From a virus (taxonomy: Duplodnaviria; Caudoviricetes), in the IMG/VR virus record IMGVR_UViG_3300025018_000350, positions 1 through 34,511 of that record: a stretch of DNA of 34,511 nucleotides; one strand, given 5' to 3'. Within the stretch, counting starts at the first letter, position 1; the number at the start of each line of letters is the position of its first letter. The notes under the pieces were generated by a model. The model saw only the letters and a program-made list of their open reading frames with translations, did not search any database and was not told the DNA's origin. The translations under genes were made by a program, and so were the position numbers. This document shows positions 15,681-25,794 of this stretch, one piece after another.

Positions 15681-18604
15681 GTTCAGGTGCTAGCGTAGGT
15701 TCTATTTATTCCCAAATGATTCTCGATACTAGCCAGTATGAACAGGCTTTACGAGAGATTGTTGGGATGACTAAAAAAGGTTCAGACTCAACTAAATCTT
15801 CTTTCGATAAGAGTAGTGAATCCGTTGATAAGAATACAAGAAAATTTAAAGACAATAAAAAATCAGTAGATTCTTTAAGTACTTCGATCCAAGCATTAGG
15901 TGGCATACTTGGATCAACTGCTATATTAGGTGGATTAAAATCTATTACTATGGAGGCTGCTAAAATTGAAACTGTAAATACTTCATTTAAAGTTATGTTA
16001 GGATCAGCAGAAAAAGCAAAATCTGTATTACAAGATTTAAGTAAATTTTCAATCGATACTCCTTTTACGCCTACCCAAGTTTATCAAGCAGGTAAAGCAA
16101 TGACAGCTTTTGGGATCGAAGCTAAAAACCTAATCCCAACCTTACAAAAAGTTGGTGACATTGCTTCTGGTACTGGTAAAGACTTTAATGAACTGTCCGT
16201 AATTTATGGAAAAGCTTTTATTGCTGGGAATATCTACGCTGAAGACTTAAACCAATTAATGGAAGCTGGTGTGCCTATTATTGCTGAACTATCTAAAGTA
16301 TTAGGAGTACAAGAAAACCAAGTAAAAAAACTAGCATCTGAAGGAAAGATAGGCTTTGCCGAAATGGACAAGGCTTTTGATAATATGACTCAATCTGGAG
16401 GAAGGTTCGCAGGGATGATGGACGAACAAGCAAAAACGATTGAAGGTTCTATCTCTACTATGGAAGGGAATCTGACTGGAGTCTCAGTTGTAATAGGTGA
16501 ACAGTTATTACCTATTGCTAAATCTTTGGTACAAACTGTTTCAGCGATAGCAGAATCTATTGGAGAATTTGCAAAAGCAAACCCAGTATTATTTAAAACC
16601 ATTGTTAGGTTAACAGGTGCTTTGGCTTTACTTGTTGCTTTGTTAATAGGCGGAGCAGGTTTAAGATTAGCAATTATTCAACTATTACCATTATTAAATA
16701 CTTTGGGTATAACAGCAGTAACGACAGGTGGAAAAATTGCATTTGCATTTGGTCCCGCAGGTGCTGCCTTTATAGCCATAGGATTAATTATTGCTTTGAT
16801 TTCAAAAACTCAGGATCGTCTTAATAGATTAAATGCTAAAAGTGTTGAAAATGTTACCAGCAAACTTAAAGGATTAAACGAACAGCAATTAAGTAATGCT
16901 AAAGGCGTTTTAATGACTATGAACAAGGCAGATAAAGCTGTCACATCGAATAGTAATGAGTATAAAAACTTAAATTCAATATTAAAATCTGTTGGTCTTT
17001 CTATTAACGATATATCAAGACAGCAAGATAAAATAAAAAAAGGTAAAGATAAAGGTAAGATTAGATTTAAAATTAATGTTGAAGGTGTTAGAAATCAAAT
17101 TGCTGCTATTAACCAAATGATTGAAGAGGTTAAAAATAATAATCCTATCGTCGTTGGTGGTGTATCTCCAGAGCCAGATACAAAAGGAAAAAAAACTGAA
17201 TTTGCAGGTATTGATGGATCGTACAATAAAAGACTTATAGAAATTCAAGCGAACTTAGATAAAGCGACTGAGAAAAGAGATAAGTTCACAGAATACGGTT
17301 CAGAGGCTTGGAGTAATGCGAATGACGATGTATCTAAATATAATACTGAACTTGAATCATTAAATGGTAATATTAACACTGGTATGTTTGAACCTATGGT
17401 AAAAGGTTTAGAAAAATTAGGAGTCAGTTTCAATAATGCTTCTAAGGTTGGGATGAGTATGGTATCTTCGTTAGCGGAAGGATATATGAATTTTCTTTCT
17501 ACTATGGCGCAAGCATCCGCACAAAAATTTCAAAATGTCCAACAGCAAATTGCGGGTGTTAGCGATTGGGGTCAAAAGATACTAGACAAACAAATTGAAG
17601 CCACCATTGAATCTTACGATAGAGAGGTACAAGCCTTACAAGAGCAGAAAGATAGATTAATTGCTATTGAAGAAGAGTATCAACAAAAAAGAGACGAGAT
17701 ACGAAATCAAGAAATAGATAATATTAAAGCTAAGATTGAAGCAGAATATCAAATGGAAGCTGAAAAAACCCAGTTAGCATATGAAAACGATTTACTAAAG
17801 CAAGAAACCGATATGGAATCGGAAGAGCAAAGAAAAGTAAATCAGCAAAGACTTGAAGAAGAGCATTTACAATACTTACAAGATTTACGTGGTCGATACG
17901 ATGATATGACACAAGCGGAAATTGAAGCTATGACACAAAAAATGGGTGAAGAGGATTCTATAAGATCAACTAACTCAAAAGCAGAAATGGACGCTATCGC
18001 AATAAAAGAAAAACAAATTGAAGCAGATAAGATAGCATCTAAAGAAGCAAACGATAAAAAGAAAGCTGACTTAGAAAAAAAATTAAAACTATTCGAATGG
18101 GCAATGGGCAGACAGTCTTTTGAAGCCTCTAAGAGATTGCAGATGGCAACTATTCAGATGCAGATGGCTCAAGGTTTGATCTCTGCTGTGACTGCTGGTG
18201 CTATGTTAGCTGCTACCGTACCAGTAGTTGGAGGGATACTTGGACCAGCGTTAGGGCTTATGCTTTCTGGTATGGTACTTTCTGCTGGTATGTCCTCATT
18301 ACAAGCAGTTAGTTCGTCTCAATACCAGCCTCCGCCTGCTGCTGCGTTCGCTGAAGGTGGTATGATTACTGGCGGTGTACCTAATATGGATTCAGTTAAT
18401 GTAAGGATGATGCCAGGTGAATTAGTCGTACCAACAAAAAACTTTGAAGAAGTTGTCGGAGCAGTTAGGAATGATAGACAAGGCGGGTCAATAGTAATTT
18501 CTGGAAATAACTTTTATGGAATCGACTCACCAGAATCATTTGTTGAACAGGTTTCAGATAAAATATTTGAAAAGACGCGAGGTGCGGTTTCCGCTTTTAT
18601 ATGA
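15677..18604 (+). CDS. Tape measure protein
   Basis: 975 aa; SF.VMLGSAEKA...F...TPF N-terminal domain; hydrophobic segments; coiled coil; FAEGG motif. Confidence 0.95.
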   Translation: MSSGASVGSIYSQMILDTSQYEQALREIVGMTKKGSDSTKSSFDKSSESVDKNTRKFKDNKKSVDSLSTSIQALGGILGSTAILGGLKSITMEAAKIETVNTSFKVMLGSAEKAKSVLQDLSKFSIDTPFTPTQVYQAGKAMTAFGIEAKNLIPTLQKVGDIASGTGKDFNELSVIYGKAFIAGNIYAEDLNQLMEAGVPIIAELSKVLGVQENQVKKLASEGKIGFAEMDKAFDNMTQSGGRFAGMMDEQAKTIEGSISTMEGNLTGVSVVIGEQLLPIAKSLVQTVSAIAESIGEFAKANPVLFKTIVRLTGALALLVALLIGGAGLRLAIIQLLPLLNTLGITAVTTGGKIAFAFGPAGAAFIAIGLIIALISKTQDRLNRLNAKSVENVTSKLKGLNEQQLSNAKGVLMTMNKADKAVTSNSNEYKNLNSILKSVGLSINDISRQQDKIKKGKDKGKIRFKINVEGVRNQIAAINQMIEEVKNNNPIVVGGVSPEPDTKGKKTEFAGIDGSYNKRLIEIQANLDKATEKRDKFTEYGSEAWSNANDDVSKYNTELESLNGNINTGMFEPMVKGLEKLGVSFNNASKVGMSMVSSLAEGYMNFLSTMAQASAQKFQNVQQQIAGVSDWGQKILDKQIEATIESYDREVQALQEQKDRLIAIEEEYQQKRDEIRNQEIDNIKAKIEAEYQMEAEKTQLAYENDLLKQETDMESEEQRKVNQQRLEEEHLQYLQDLRGRYDDMTQAEIEAMTQKMGEEDSIRSTNSKAEMDAIAIKEKQIEADKIASKEANDKKKADLEKKLKLFEWAMGRQSFEASKRLQMATIQMQMAQGLISAVTAGAMLAATVPVVGGILGPALGLMLSGMVLSAGMSSLQAVSSSQYQPPPAAAFAEGGMITGGVPNMDSVNVRMMPGELVVPTKNFEEVVGAVRNDRQGGSIVISGNNFYGIDSPESFVEQVSDKIFEKTRGAVSAFI

Positions 18605-19395
18605 TTACATATTATTTAGAAAATAGAAACGGCGATCAGTTGGCAATAGGTTCTAATCTAAATCCAAGACGCGACCCATTGCAGTTTAAGCCAGAAAAAC
18701 AAGAGTACATGAAACAAGGTCAATTTGGAGTAGTGACAAGAGGTACGTTCAAGCAAGCTTCTAAGAATATAGATTTAAAATTTAATATAATTCCATCTGA
18801 TGTTACAGATTATTATTTTAAATTAAATTCAATAGCCTCTTTCCTATATAACCAACAAAATGCTCCTTTTTATTTGTATTCAATTCAAAGGGGCGTAAGG
18901 GCAAAAGTATCTATCTCAGGTATTAAGGAAAATTTTAAGGAAGGATTAGAAACAAAATTAGGGATTGACTGTACTCTTTCACTTACTATGGAAGATGCTT
19001 TATGGGAATCAGCTGAAGTGATCCCAGGTTCTAATGATCTTTTTAATGGTGGTAATTTTGATATTGAGTTAGGTTCAGATGTCGTAGACTCTGCGGCTAT
19101 CTTTACACTAACTAATCTAGATGCTGCTAATAATGTTCAGTTTGGTCTTCAACTTACCAACGGTAGTATAATTCAAAACGTAGTTATTTCGCCAACTGGG
19201 TTTAGTACTGGATCAGTCATTGTATTCGATTGCTTTAATGGAACTATAAAACTAAATGATCAATTTATTCCTAATTCAATTATCGCAGGTGGTTTTTTCC
19301 CGCTTTTGCCAGGTACAAACAACATTCTGTACGAATCACCAGCGAACCAAGAAATGACGATTGCAACAAGCTATAGAAGTAGGCGTCCATTTTGA
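18601..19395 (+). CDS. Distal tail (Dit-like) protein
   Basis: Follows the tape measure gene; FFPLLPGTNNI motif. Confidence 0.8.
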   Translation: MITYYLENRNGDQLAIGSNLNPRRDPLQFKPEKQEYMKQGQFGVVTRGTFKQASKNIDLKFNIIPSDVTDYYFKLNSIASFLYNQQNAPFYLYSIQRGVRAKVSISGIKENFKEGLETKLGIDCTLSLTMEDALWESAEVIPGSNDLFNGGNFDIELGSDVVDSAAIFTLTNLDAANNVQFGLQLTNGSIIQNVVISPTGFSTGSVIVFDCFNGTIKLNDQFIPNSIIAGGFFPLLPGTNNILYESPANQEMTIATSYRSRRPF

Positions 19396-21248
19396 GTATC
19401 TTTACAGAAACATATGGTACTGGATTAGGTGGAAAGCTATTCCATAATTTTATATATGGGGAAGGCGTTATTTCATTAGATTTATCAAATACACCAGGCG
19501 AAGAAAATGGAAATGATAATGTGACATTTGGACTAGCGAACGGATCACTATTTGAATCTTTCCCATTGAATGTCCCTAACACTATATTTTCAGATTTTAG
19601 ATTTAAAGTTAATAGAGGTGGCAACTGTTTAGATTTTTCTTTTGAATTGAATCGTCTGCCAGATATTCCTATTGTAAAATTTACGACAATACAAGTTAGT
19701 ATTTCAAACGTGCCGAGATTTTTTGGATATATAACCAAACGTCCACAAGATGGTGAAGATGGTAAGTTAAAGTTTTCTGGTTATGGAACTATGAAGAGAC
19801 TAGAAAAAAGAAAACTGTTTAATGACGAAAGATATATAATAACCGAAATAGCTGCCTCTGGTAGTAATATGATTATAAGTGTTTCAGGATTTATAGATGG
19901 ATCAGTAATAGGTCAAAAAGTAGTTGTTAAAGACCATATAGAAGATAAAAATAATGGTGTATTCGATATTTCAGATAGTACATCAGGATCAATAACAGTA
20001 TTAAATCCAGCAAGAGTCGCATCGACTTCTATTACTGGACTTGCTGTTATACTTCCCACGTATTGGGTAGACTCTGAATTAGTTAGTGATTTTTTAAAAG
20101 GTACACTTGAGAACCATGTAAATAAAGATAATGTTTCCTATTTAGATACTAAGATAAGTACTTCAACTGGAATACTAACAGCTGGAGCATCTAATTTTGA
20201 AGGAATGGAATTTTCTAGATTTTCTAAAATTATAGAAAATATTTTACAGAATAGATATTACTTTGGAGTAGATGGATCAAATGAATTCTTTCTTAATGAA
20301 AAATCTACTGAAAAAATTACTACTTACTTTGCTGGGTTCGATCTTCCAGAGGCTTCTATTTCTATTGATGAAACTGTAGATGGGAACGCTATTACGATTT
20401 ATAGGTCTGGACAAAAATCTGGACGAAGAAACGGATCCGTAATTGCTGGAGTTTCAAGCGATCCTACAAGTATTGCTAAACATGGTGAATCGGTTTATAA
20501 TGAAGACATACCAGCTTGGTTAGACGATGCAACTGGTCAACAGTACGCAGACTCTTTATTAGAAGTAATGTCCGTACCATCTATACAAGCAAAAGCAGAT
20601 AATATGCCTTACCGTTGGTATCCGTTCGGGACTTATGGTTATGTGACTGAGGTAGGTTATTTTAATTTCGATTTAGTAGATTTTGATTCTTTAGATGATT
20701 GGACAACTGGAGTAAATATTTCAGAATCTTTAAGTAGTACAATTTTAATGAATGGTGCTAACTCTCACAGATTAGAATTAACAGCAGCTTCAATAAATGA
20801 AACTCATATTAAAACTGGTATAGATTTTAGAGTATCTAGTGGAAAAGTATTAAGCTTATTTATTAGGTCAAGTGCTATAGTGACTATTCAAATTGGGATT
20901 GGGGAAAACTGGAATGACAATTTATTCGAAGTTAAGCTTAGTGGATTAAATAAATTTGAGCCTATTAAATTTGACCTTACTGGATTATCAATAGGCAAAG
21001 TTAATGAAGTAGGGATTAAGATAATAGAGTGTGAAGAGGTAATACTTTATTTTGATTATATGACTATAAATATGTATTCAAATAAGCATTATGATTTAGA
21101 GTTAGATGAAGCGGAATATATGTTTTTAACAGATGAAAAAAAAGTTAACTTAAAGTTTGGAGACACAAGAAAAAACGCTGGTTTGTCGGAATATATAGCA
21201 GGGATAAAATCCCAAGTTGAATTAAGCAAGCAAATGTTAAGGGAATAA
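19392..21248 (+). CDS. Baseplate hub/Tal-like protein with an inserted CBM-like module
   Basis: Position; YFGVD...FF and SIAKHG motifs; beta-sandwich-like segment FDS...W...LYFD near the C-terminus. Confidence 0.7.
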   Translation: MSIFTETYGTGLGGKLFHNFIYGEGVISLDLSNTPGEENGNDNVTFGLANGSLFESFPLNVPNTIFSDFRFKVNRGGNCLDFSFELNRLPDIPIVKFTTIQVSISNVPRFFGYITKRPQDGEDGKLKFSGYGTMKRLEKRKLFNDERYIITEIAASGSNMIISVSGFIDGSVIGQKVVVKDHIEDKNNGVFDISDSTSGSITVLNPARVASTSITGLAVILPTYWVDSELVSDFLKGTLENHVNKDNVSYLDTKISTSTGILTAGASNFEGMEFSRFSKIIENILQNRYYFGVDGSNEFFLNEKSTEKITTYFAGFDLPEASISIDETVDGNAITIYRSGQKSGRRNGSVIAGVSSDPTSIAKHGESVYNEDIPAWLDDATGQQYADSLLEVMSVPSIQAKADNMPYRWYPFGTYGYVTEVGYFNFDLVDFDSLDDWTTGVNISESLSSTILMNGANSHRLELTAASINETHIKTGIDFRVSSGKVLSLFIRSSAIVTIQIGIGENWNDNLFEVKLSGLNKFEPIKFDLTGLSIGKVNEVGIKIIECEEVILYFDYMTINMYSNKHYDLELDEAEYMFLTDEKKVNLKFGDTRKNAGLSEYIAGIKSQVELSKQMLRE

Positions 21249-21252
21249 AAGA

Positions 21253-22722
21253 ATGAGCATACCTATTGGATTAACTAATCAAGATATACGAAGAGACTTT
21301 ATTGATCTAGAATATGTACCAGTCGAAATTTTAGGTGCAGATGGATTAGGCAATGGAGAGTTCCACCAGTGTTTAGCGTTTACTGGAATGAATAATAAGT
21401 TTGGTATTTCACCTAACGAAATGCCACAACGTCGGGACGATTTACCAGACTCTGGAATTATAGTTTATGAAGTAGATGCTTCAAATAATCTAACTGGATT
21501 TTCAGCATTAGGCGATCCGCTTGAACAGGTCGTACCATCTGTTTCAAGCGAACCAGGTATAGGTCAATATGCTGTTGATATAAATAATGCTGCTCAATAC
21601 CTAAATACTGGAAGATTTATTTTTAATTCTGCTAATGTAAACAAGTACTATCGCATTCATAGATACTATGGACTTGGAACTCTTGCTACTGTTAGAAATA
21701 TACAAGCAGTGGCAGAAGCTGCTGTTGGTTCTGGCGGCGAAACTTCAATCCTTACAAAATTAAAAACTAACGGACTAAACACACCCGACCGAACTTGGAC
21801 AGGCGTTACCGTAAATCTGAATGCGGGCGTTTCTCAGGTTGGGAATCTTACAATTTCTGGAGCAGTTTTAGTTCGTGCAACTAACACAGCGTCCGATGCA
21901 ATCTTAGAAGTTTACGGAAATTTAACTTTTGAAGCTGGTGCAAGTTTAGAATCTTACAAAGTATTTTTAATAGTACATGGGGACGTAATGGGTGACGCAA
22001 GTACACCAGGGATTATAAAAGCACCTAACGGAGCTAACGGCGGAGCAGTAAGCGTAAACGGTAGCAACGCCATAGCAGAACTTGGCGGCACTGGCGGCAC
22101 TGGCAGCACTTCTGGTGGCGGAGGTGGCGGAGGCTTTGGTAACGGGGGGTCAGCTAATGCCATCATAGGCGGAGTCGGCGCAGGCGGTGGCGGTGGCGAA
22201 GGCGGGTTCTTAGGTGGTCCTGGAGGAGTCGGCGGCACAATTTCTGAAGCTGAATATTGCGGAGCAGGTGGCAACGGTGCGGGGGGGTTGGTAGCTAGCC
22301 CTTTCACTTATGGCGCTGGCGGTGGCGGTGGCGGTCTATGGCTTAAATTTATAGCATTCGGAAACATAACTAATATTATTTTTAAAAGTGGGAAAGGCGG
22401 CGTCGGGGGTGGAGGCAACACGAACGGCTTTGGTGGTCAATCAGGTTCTATTCGCGCATTCTTCAACCGTGATCTCCTAACTAATGTCACATTCGATGTG
22501 ACTGCGGGAACTTCGACTAGTACTGTTAGAGATGGAACTGCAGGTAATCTTAGACTAAACGATCTTAGCGAAGGTCAAAATTCTTACGGTGATACGGTTA
22601 CAACTGTTAAAGACGAAACGACATTAGTCTGGGCGTATTCAAACGCAGAGGATTATTTGACAAGGCTAGTCGGATACTTGACATTGTTAGGTTATTTTAC
22701 TAAACCATCTACTGGAGTTTAA
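21253..22722 (+). CDS. Glycine-rich tail fibre/receptor-binding protein (putative)
   Basis: Poly-Gly tracts; after the hub gene and before a chaperone-like gene. Confidence 0.7.
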   Translation: MSIPIGLTNQDIRRDFIDLEYVPVEILGADGLGNGEFHQCLAFTGMNNKFGISPNEMPQRRDDLPDSGIIVYEVDASNNLTGFSALGDPLEQVVPSVSSEPGIGQYAVDINNAAQYLNTGRFIFNSANVNKYYRIHRYYGLGTLATVRNIQAVAEAAVGSGGETSILTKLKTNGLNTPDRTWTGVTVNLNAGVSQVGNLTISGAVLVRATNTASDAILEVYGNLTFEAGASLESYKVFLIVHGDVMGDASTPGIIKAPNGANGGAVSVNGSNAIAELGGTGGTGSTSGGGGGGGFGNGGSANAIIGGVGAGGGGGEGGFLGGPGGVGGTISEAEYCGAGGNGAGGLVASPFTYGAGGGGGGLWLKFIAFGNITNIIFKSGKGGVGGGGNTNGFGGQSGSIRAFFNRDLLTNVTFDVTAGTSTSTVRDGTAGNLRLNDLSEGQNSYGDTVTTVKDETTLVWAYSNAEDYLTRLVGYLTLLGYFTKPSTGV

Positions 22723-22725
22723 AAA

Positions 22726-23346
22726 ATGAAAACAGAAAAATATATCTACCAACTACCAAATGCAACGATCCTTTTTTTGGATGATCCAAGTGAAGAATAC
22801 AAAGAAAGATTCGTAATGAAAGCACTTGTTTCTGAGGACGAAATCAGCTATGGTGAAATCATTCGTGATCCTTTGCCTAGAATGACTCTCGAAACTATGG
22901 CTTACAGAATTTACAAACAAACTGATTTAGAATATAACCGAAAAGAATGTAATAATTTAATAAATGAAAAGAGAAGATATTATTTAAAAGAATTCTTTGC
23001 GACATTTATATATAATGAAATTGTCTTTGATGGCAACGATAACCAAACCACAGTTTCATCTAAAGAAAATATTATTGGTCTTTACAATGCTCTAGAATCT
23101 TTACCAGTTGAATATAGGAATCAAATGTTTCCTCTTACTTGGAAAACTTTAGATAATAGCGATTATGAATTTACGAACTATGAAAACTTTCTTTCTTTTT
23201 ACCAAGCTTTTACTGTATTTAGAATGCTATTTGAAAAAGAAGTAAATGAAAAATGTTTTCTTGCTAAATCTATAATTAATCAATCTCAAGAGGTGAGCGA
23301 AATGAAAAAAGCCGTTAATGACTATACTGTGGAGAATCCAGAATGA
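22726..23346 (+). CDS. DUF4376-like tail fibre-associated protein
   Basis: WKTLDNS motif; position after the fibre gene. Confidence 0.65.
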   Translation: MKTEKYIYQLPNATILFLDDPSEEYKERFVMKALVSEDEISYGEIIRDPLPRMTLETMAYRIYKQTDLEYNRKECNNLINEKRRYYLKEFFATFIYNEIVFDGNDNQTTVSSKENIIGLYNALESLPVEYRNQMFPLTWKTLDNSDYEFTNYENFLSFYQAFTVFRMLFEKEVNEKCFLAKSIINQSQEVSEMKKAVNDYTVENPE

Positions 23347-24044
23347 TAGAAAAAATTAAAACGTGGTTAAATTTAAGAGAGTATAAAAAGAATATTAAAG
23401 TTTCAATATTCTCTTCAATTTATCTTTTCCTTTCAAATGATGGACTAGATAAAAGAACGGATAAAGCTTTGCCCCATCCATTAAATAGCGTTCGTCTACC
23501 GAAATACTTTGAAGAAGTTAGCAAACTACCTTTTGGATGCAATGTTTCGTTTGGCGATTCGTTAGTTGATTTGTCTAGAGAGCAAATGGATATATTCGAT
23601 GGTATATTTAATATTTCAGGGCAATGGGCAGAACATACAATGCAGACTATTATGGATTTATGTGAGGTACTATTACTGAAGCAACCAAAAAATATTGGCA
23701 TTGGTTGTCTAGGTGGTAATCCTATGTTAGTCTACCAAAATTATGAATATGTTAAAAGAACTACAATTGAATGTCTTGATTATTTGAGAATAAAATTTCC
23801 ATATGCAAATATAATTGTTTATGGTTGTCCACCTAACTATTCAATAAACGTGACTCGACATGCTATCGAGTATGAAGAGTTGGTTAAAAATTGGACTATT
23901 AACAATAGTGCAAAATTTATTTCTTTATACGAACTATTGAAAGGATTTTTCCCAAAAGCAAAACATTCAAGTGATGGAATCCACCTTACTGAATACGGTG
24001 CATGGAAATTAAATAAAAAAATAGGTGAACTTTGTGTCCGATAA
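23343..24044 (+). CDS. SGNH/GDSL hydrolase (esterase)
   Basis: FGDSL block I; GGN block III; DGIHL block V. Confidence 0.85.
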   Translation: MIEKIKTWLNLREYKKNIKVSIFSSIYLFLSNDGLDKRTDKALPHPLNSVRLPKYFEEVSKLPFGCNVSFGDSLVDLSREQMDIFDGIFNISGQWAEHTMQTIMDLCEVLLLKQPKNIGIGCLGGNPMLVYQNYEYVKRTTIECLDYLRIKFPYANIIVYGCPPNYSINVTRHAIEYEELVKNWTINNSAKFISLYELLKGFFPKAKHSSDGIHLTEYGAWKLNKKIGELCVR

Positions 24045-24573
24045 CTTTAAGGATTTTTTTACATATCTTGGTTTTTTGTTAGCTGCTATTGGAGTTTATT
24101 TGTTCAAATATCTTATTAAATATTTTAAAATTAAAAAATTAAAAAATATAGAGAGTAGAGGTGAAGAGCATCTAAACACTAATTCACAATTCATAAAACA
24201 AGTTGAGATTCATTCTAGAATGACTATTGTAATAGATAAAAACGTACGACCAAATGTAAATAGTGATTTATACGATATACTTATCTCTCACGTAGAACAT
24301 GCAAAAGCAAGAAAATTAGAATCTATTAAAATAGAATTTGTAAACGATGTATTTATAAATTCAAGTGCTGTCAATGTTATTGTAAGGCTATGCCATTACA
24401 TGAAAGAAAATAATGGTATTAGGCTTGTGATGTTATTCCCAGATAATTCTGAGACAGCTAAAAATCTTTTTGATGAAATTACACAGTTATTGGCTAGTTG
24501 GGACACTGGCAGAATTGAGTTATATATAAATAAAGGAGTTGACCATGCAGGTAAAATTTATTCCACCACCTAA
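24025..24573 (+). CDS. Membrane-anchored STAS-like domain protein
   Basis: N-terminal TM helix; IKIEF...FINSSAV..IV.L...MKENNG.RLV resembles the STAS core. Confidence 0.55.
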   Translation: MNFVSDNFKDFFTYLGFLLAAIGVYLFKYLIKYFKIKKLKNIESRGEEHLNTNSQFIKQVEIHSRMTIVIDKNVRPNVNSDLYDILISHVEHAKARKLESIKIEFVNDVFINSSAVNVIVRLCHYMKENNGIRLVMLFPDNSETAKNLFDEITQLLASWDTGRIELYINKGVDHAGKIYSTT

Positions 24574-25114
24574 CGACCAAAAATACGATCCAGAATTTAA
24601 TTGGGACGGGATTATAATTAAAGGTGGTTCTCAATGCCAAGGAAATTCTAACCAAGATTTATTACATTCAGTTGGACTAGAATTTGATATAAAGCCTTTT
24701 GTTGGATGGATCACAAAAGATTATTATATTCATTTTTATGCATATATGAGTAAACGTAACCCACCAAAAAGAAAAAAACTAATGCACTCAGATAACCATT
24801 GTTGGTTTATGAACGAATTATTTAAAGATTTTAATGTACCAGTAATTTCTAAAGTGATTAATATTCCTAATCGTCCAAGCTTAATCGCAGATGCTATAGA
24901 ATACACTAAAAGACCAGTTTCAATTGGTACTATGCTTTCATCTTCTGGACATTGGATTAGTGTACATGGATTTGAAGAAGATGTTTTTAATTGCAATGAC
25001 CCCTATGGGCAGCATCCTTACAAGAAATCTCAAAGAGGCGGCTATGTGAAATACGGTTCTTTGTACTTGAAAAAAAATACTGTTATACGTTTATTGACAA
25101 TAGAAGATAAGTAA
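24545..25114 (+). CDS. C39/papain-like peptidase, probable endolysin
   Basis: QC, GHWI and NDPYG (Cys-His-Asp); next to the holin gene; GGAG RBS before ATG 24545. Confidence 0.75.
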   Translation: MQVKFIPPPNDQKYDPEFNWDGIIIKGGSQCQGNSNQDLLHSVGLEFDIKPFVGWITKDYYIHFYAYMSKRNPPKRKKLMHSDNHCWFMNELFKDFNVPVISKVINIPNRPSLIADAIEYTKRPVSIGTMLSSSGHWISVHGFEEDVFNCNDPYGQHPYKKSQRGGYVKYGSLYLKKNTVIRLLTIEDK

Positions 25115-25123
25115 GAGAATAAA

Positions 25124-25411
25124 ATGACATTAAGAAAAAAACCTTTAGAAAATCTTAAAGAAAAAAACTTCTTTAGAGAATCTAATATTTGGAGATTAAT
25201 AGGTGGATTAGTTTGTTTTGTTGGTATTGTACTGATGATAATATATCCATCTGAAACTTATCAAGACGTCATTTTGTACCGGACTTTCAATGAACATGGG
25301 TTTGTTTCAATCCAAATAACAGTTTGGCATTTTGTAATTGTCACTGGTATGCTAGGCTTTATTCCTACCTTAAAGGAATTATTAACAGGATTTTTCAAAA
25401 GAGGTGAATAG
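25124..25411 (+). CDS. Holin (putative, 2 TM)
   Basis: Two hydrophobic helices; basic termini; between endolysin and lipoprotein genes. Confidence 0.65.
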   Translation: MTLRKKPLENLKEKNFFRESNIWRLIGGLVCFVGIVLMIIYPSETYQDVILYRTFNEHGFVSIQITVWHFVIVTGMLGFIPTLKELLTGFFKRGE

Positions 25412-25757
25412 AATGTTTAATATATTATTAGTATTATTAATATTAGGTTGCTCCAGTGTTCCGTATAAAGACCCAACAAATTTAGATTTAATTGAATCTA
25501 TTGCCAACGATCCCACAATAGAAGAAAGTGCAAAATCTAAAATTATTGCTAAAATTGTAGAAAAAGATCGAGATACCGTTCGACAAATAGTCAGTGAAAA
25601 TACAGATTTAAAAGAGCAAATAGTGGAAGATCAATGGAAAGTTGACCTAGTAAACAGGGTCAAAAAAGCCTTTTATTGGCTTCTTTTTACTGTGGTATTA
25701 TCTACTATTTTATACTTAGTTTTTAAATTCCGTAGGCTTTTAGGCTCACCGTTCTAA
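25404..25757 (+). CDS. Lipoprotein with C-terminal TM helix (unimolecular spanin-like)
   Basis: Lipobox LILG-C; C-terminal FYWLLFTVVLSTILYLVF followed by KFRR. Confidence 0.7.
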   Translation: MNRMFNILLVLLILGCSSVPYKDPTNLDLIESIANDPTIEESAKSKIIAKIVEKDRDTVRQIVSENTDLKEQIVEDQWKVDLVNRVKKAFYWLLFTVVLSTILYLVFKFRRLLGSPF

Positions 25758-25794
25758 TATATTCTATTAGATTTTTTTTACATTCTTACACTAT

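Noticed and set aside
21954-22307. Proline-rich minus-strand ORF
   Set aside because: Shadow of the glycine codons of the fibre gene
21253-22722. Diversity-generating retroelement or invertible fibre cassette
   Set aside because: No reverse transcriptase, invertase, template repeat or second fibre tip seen
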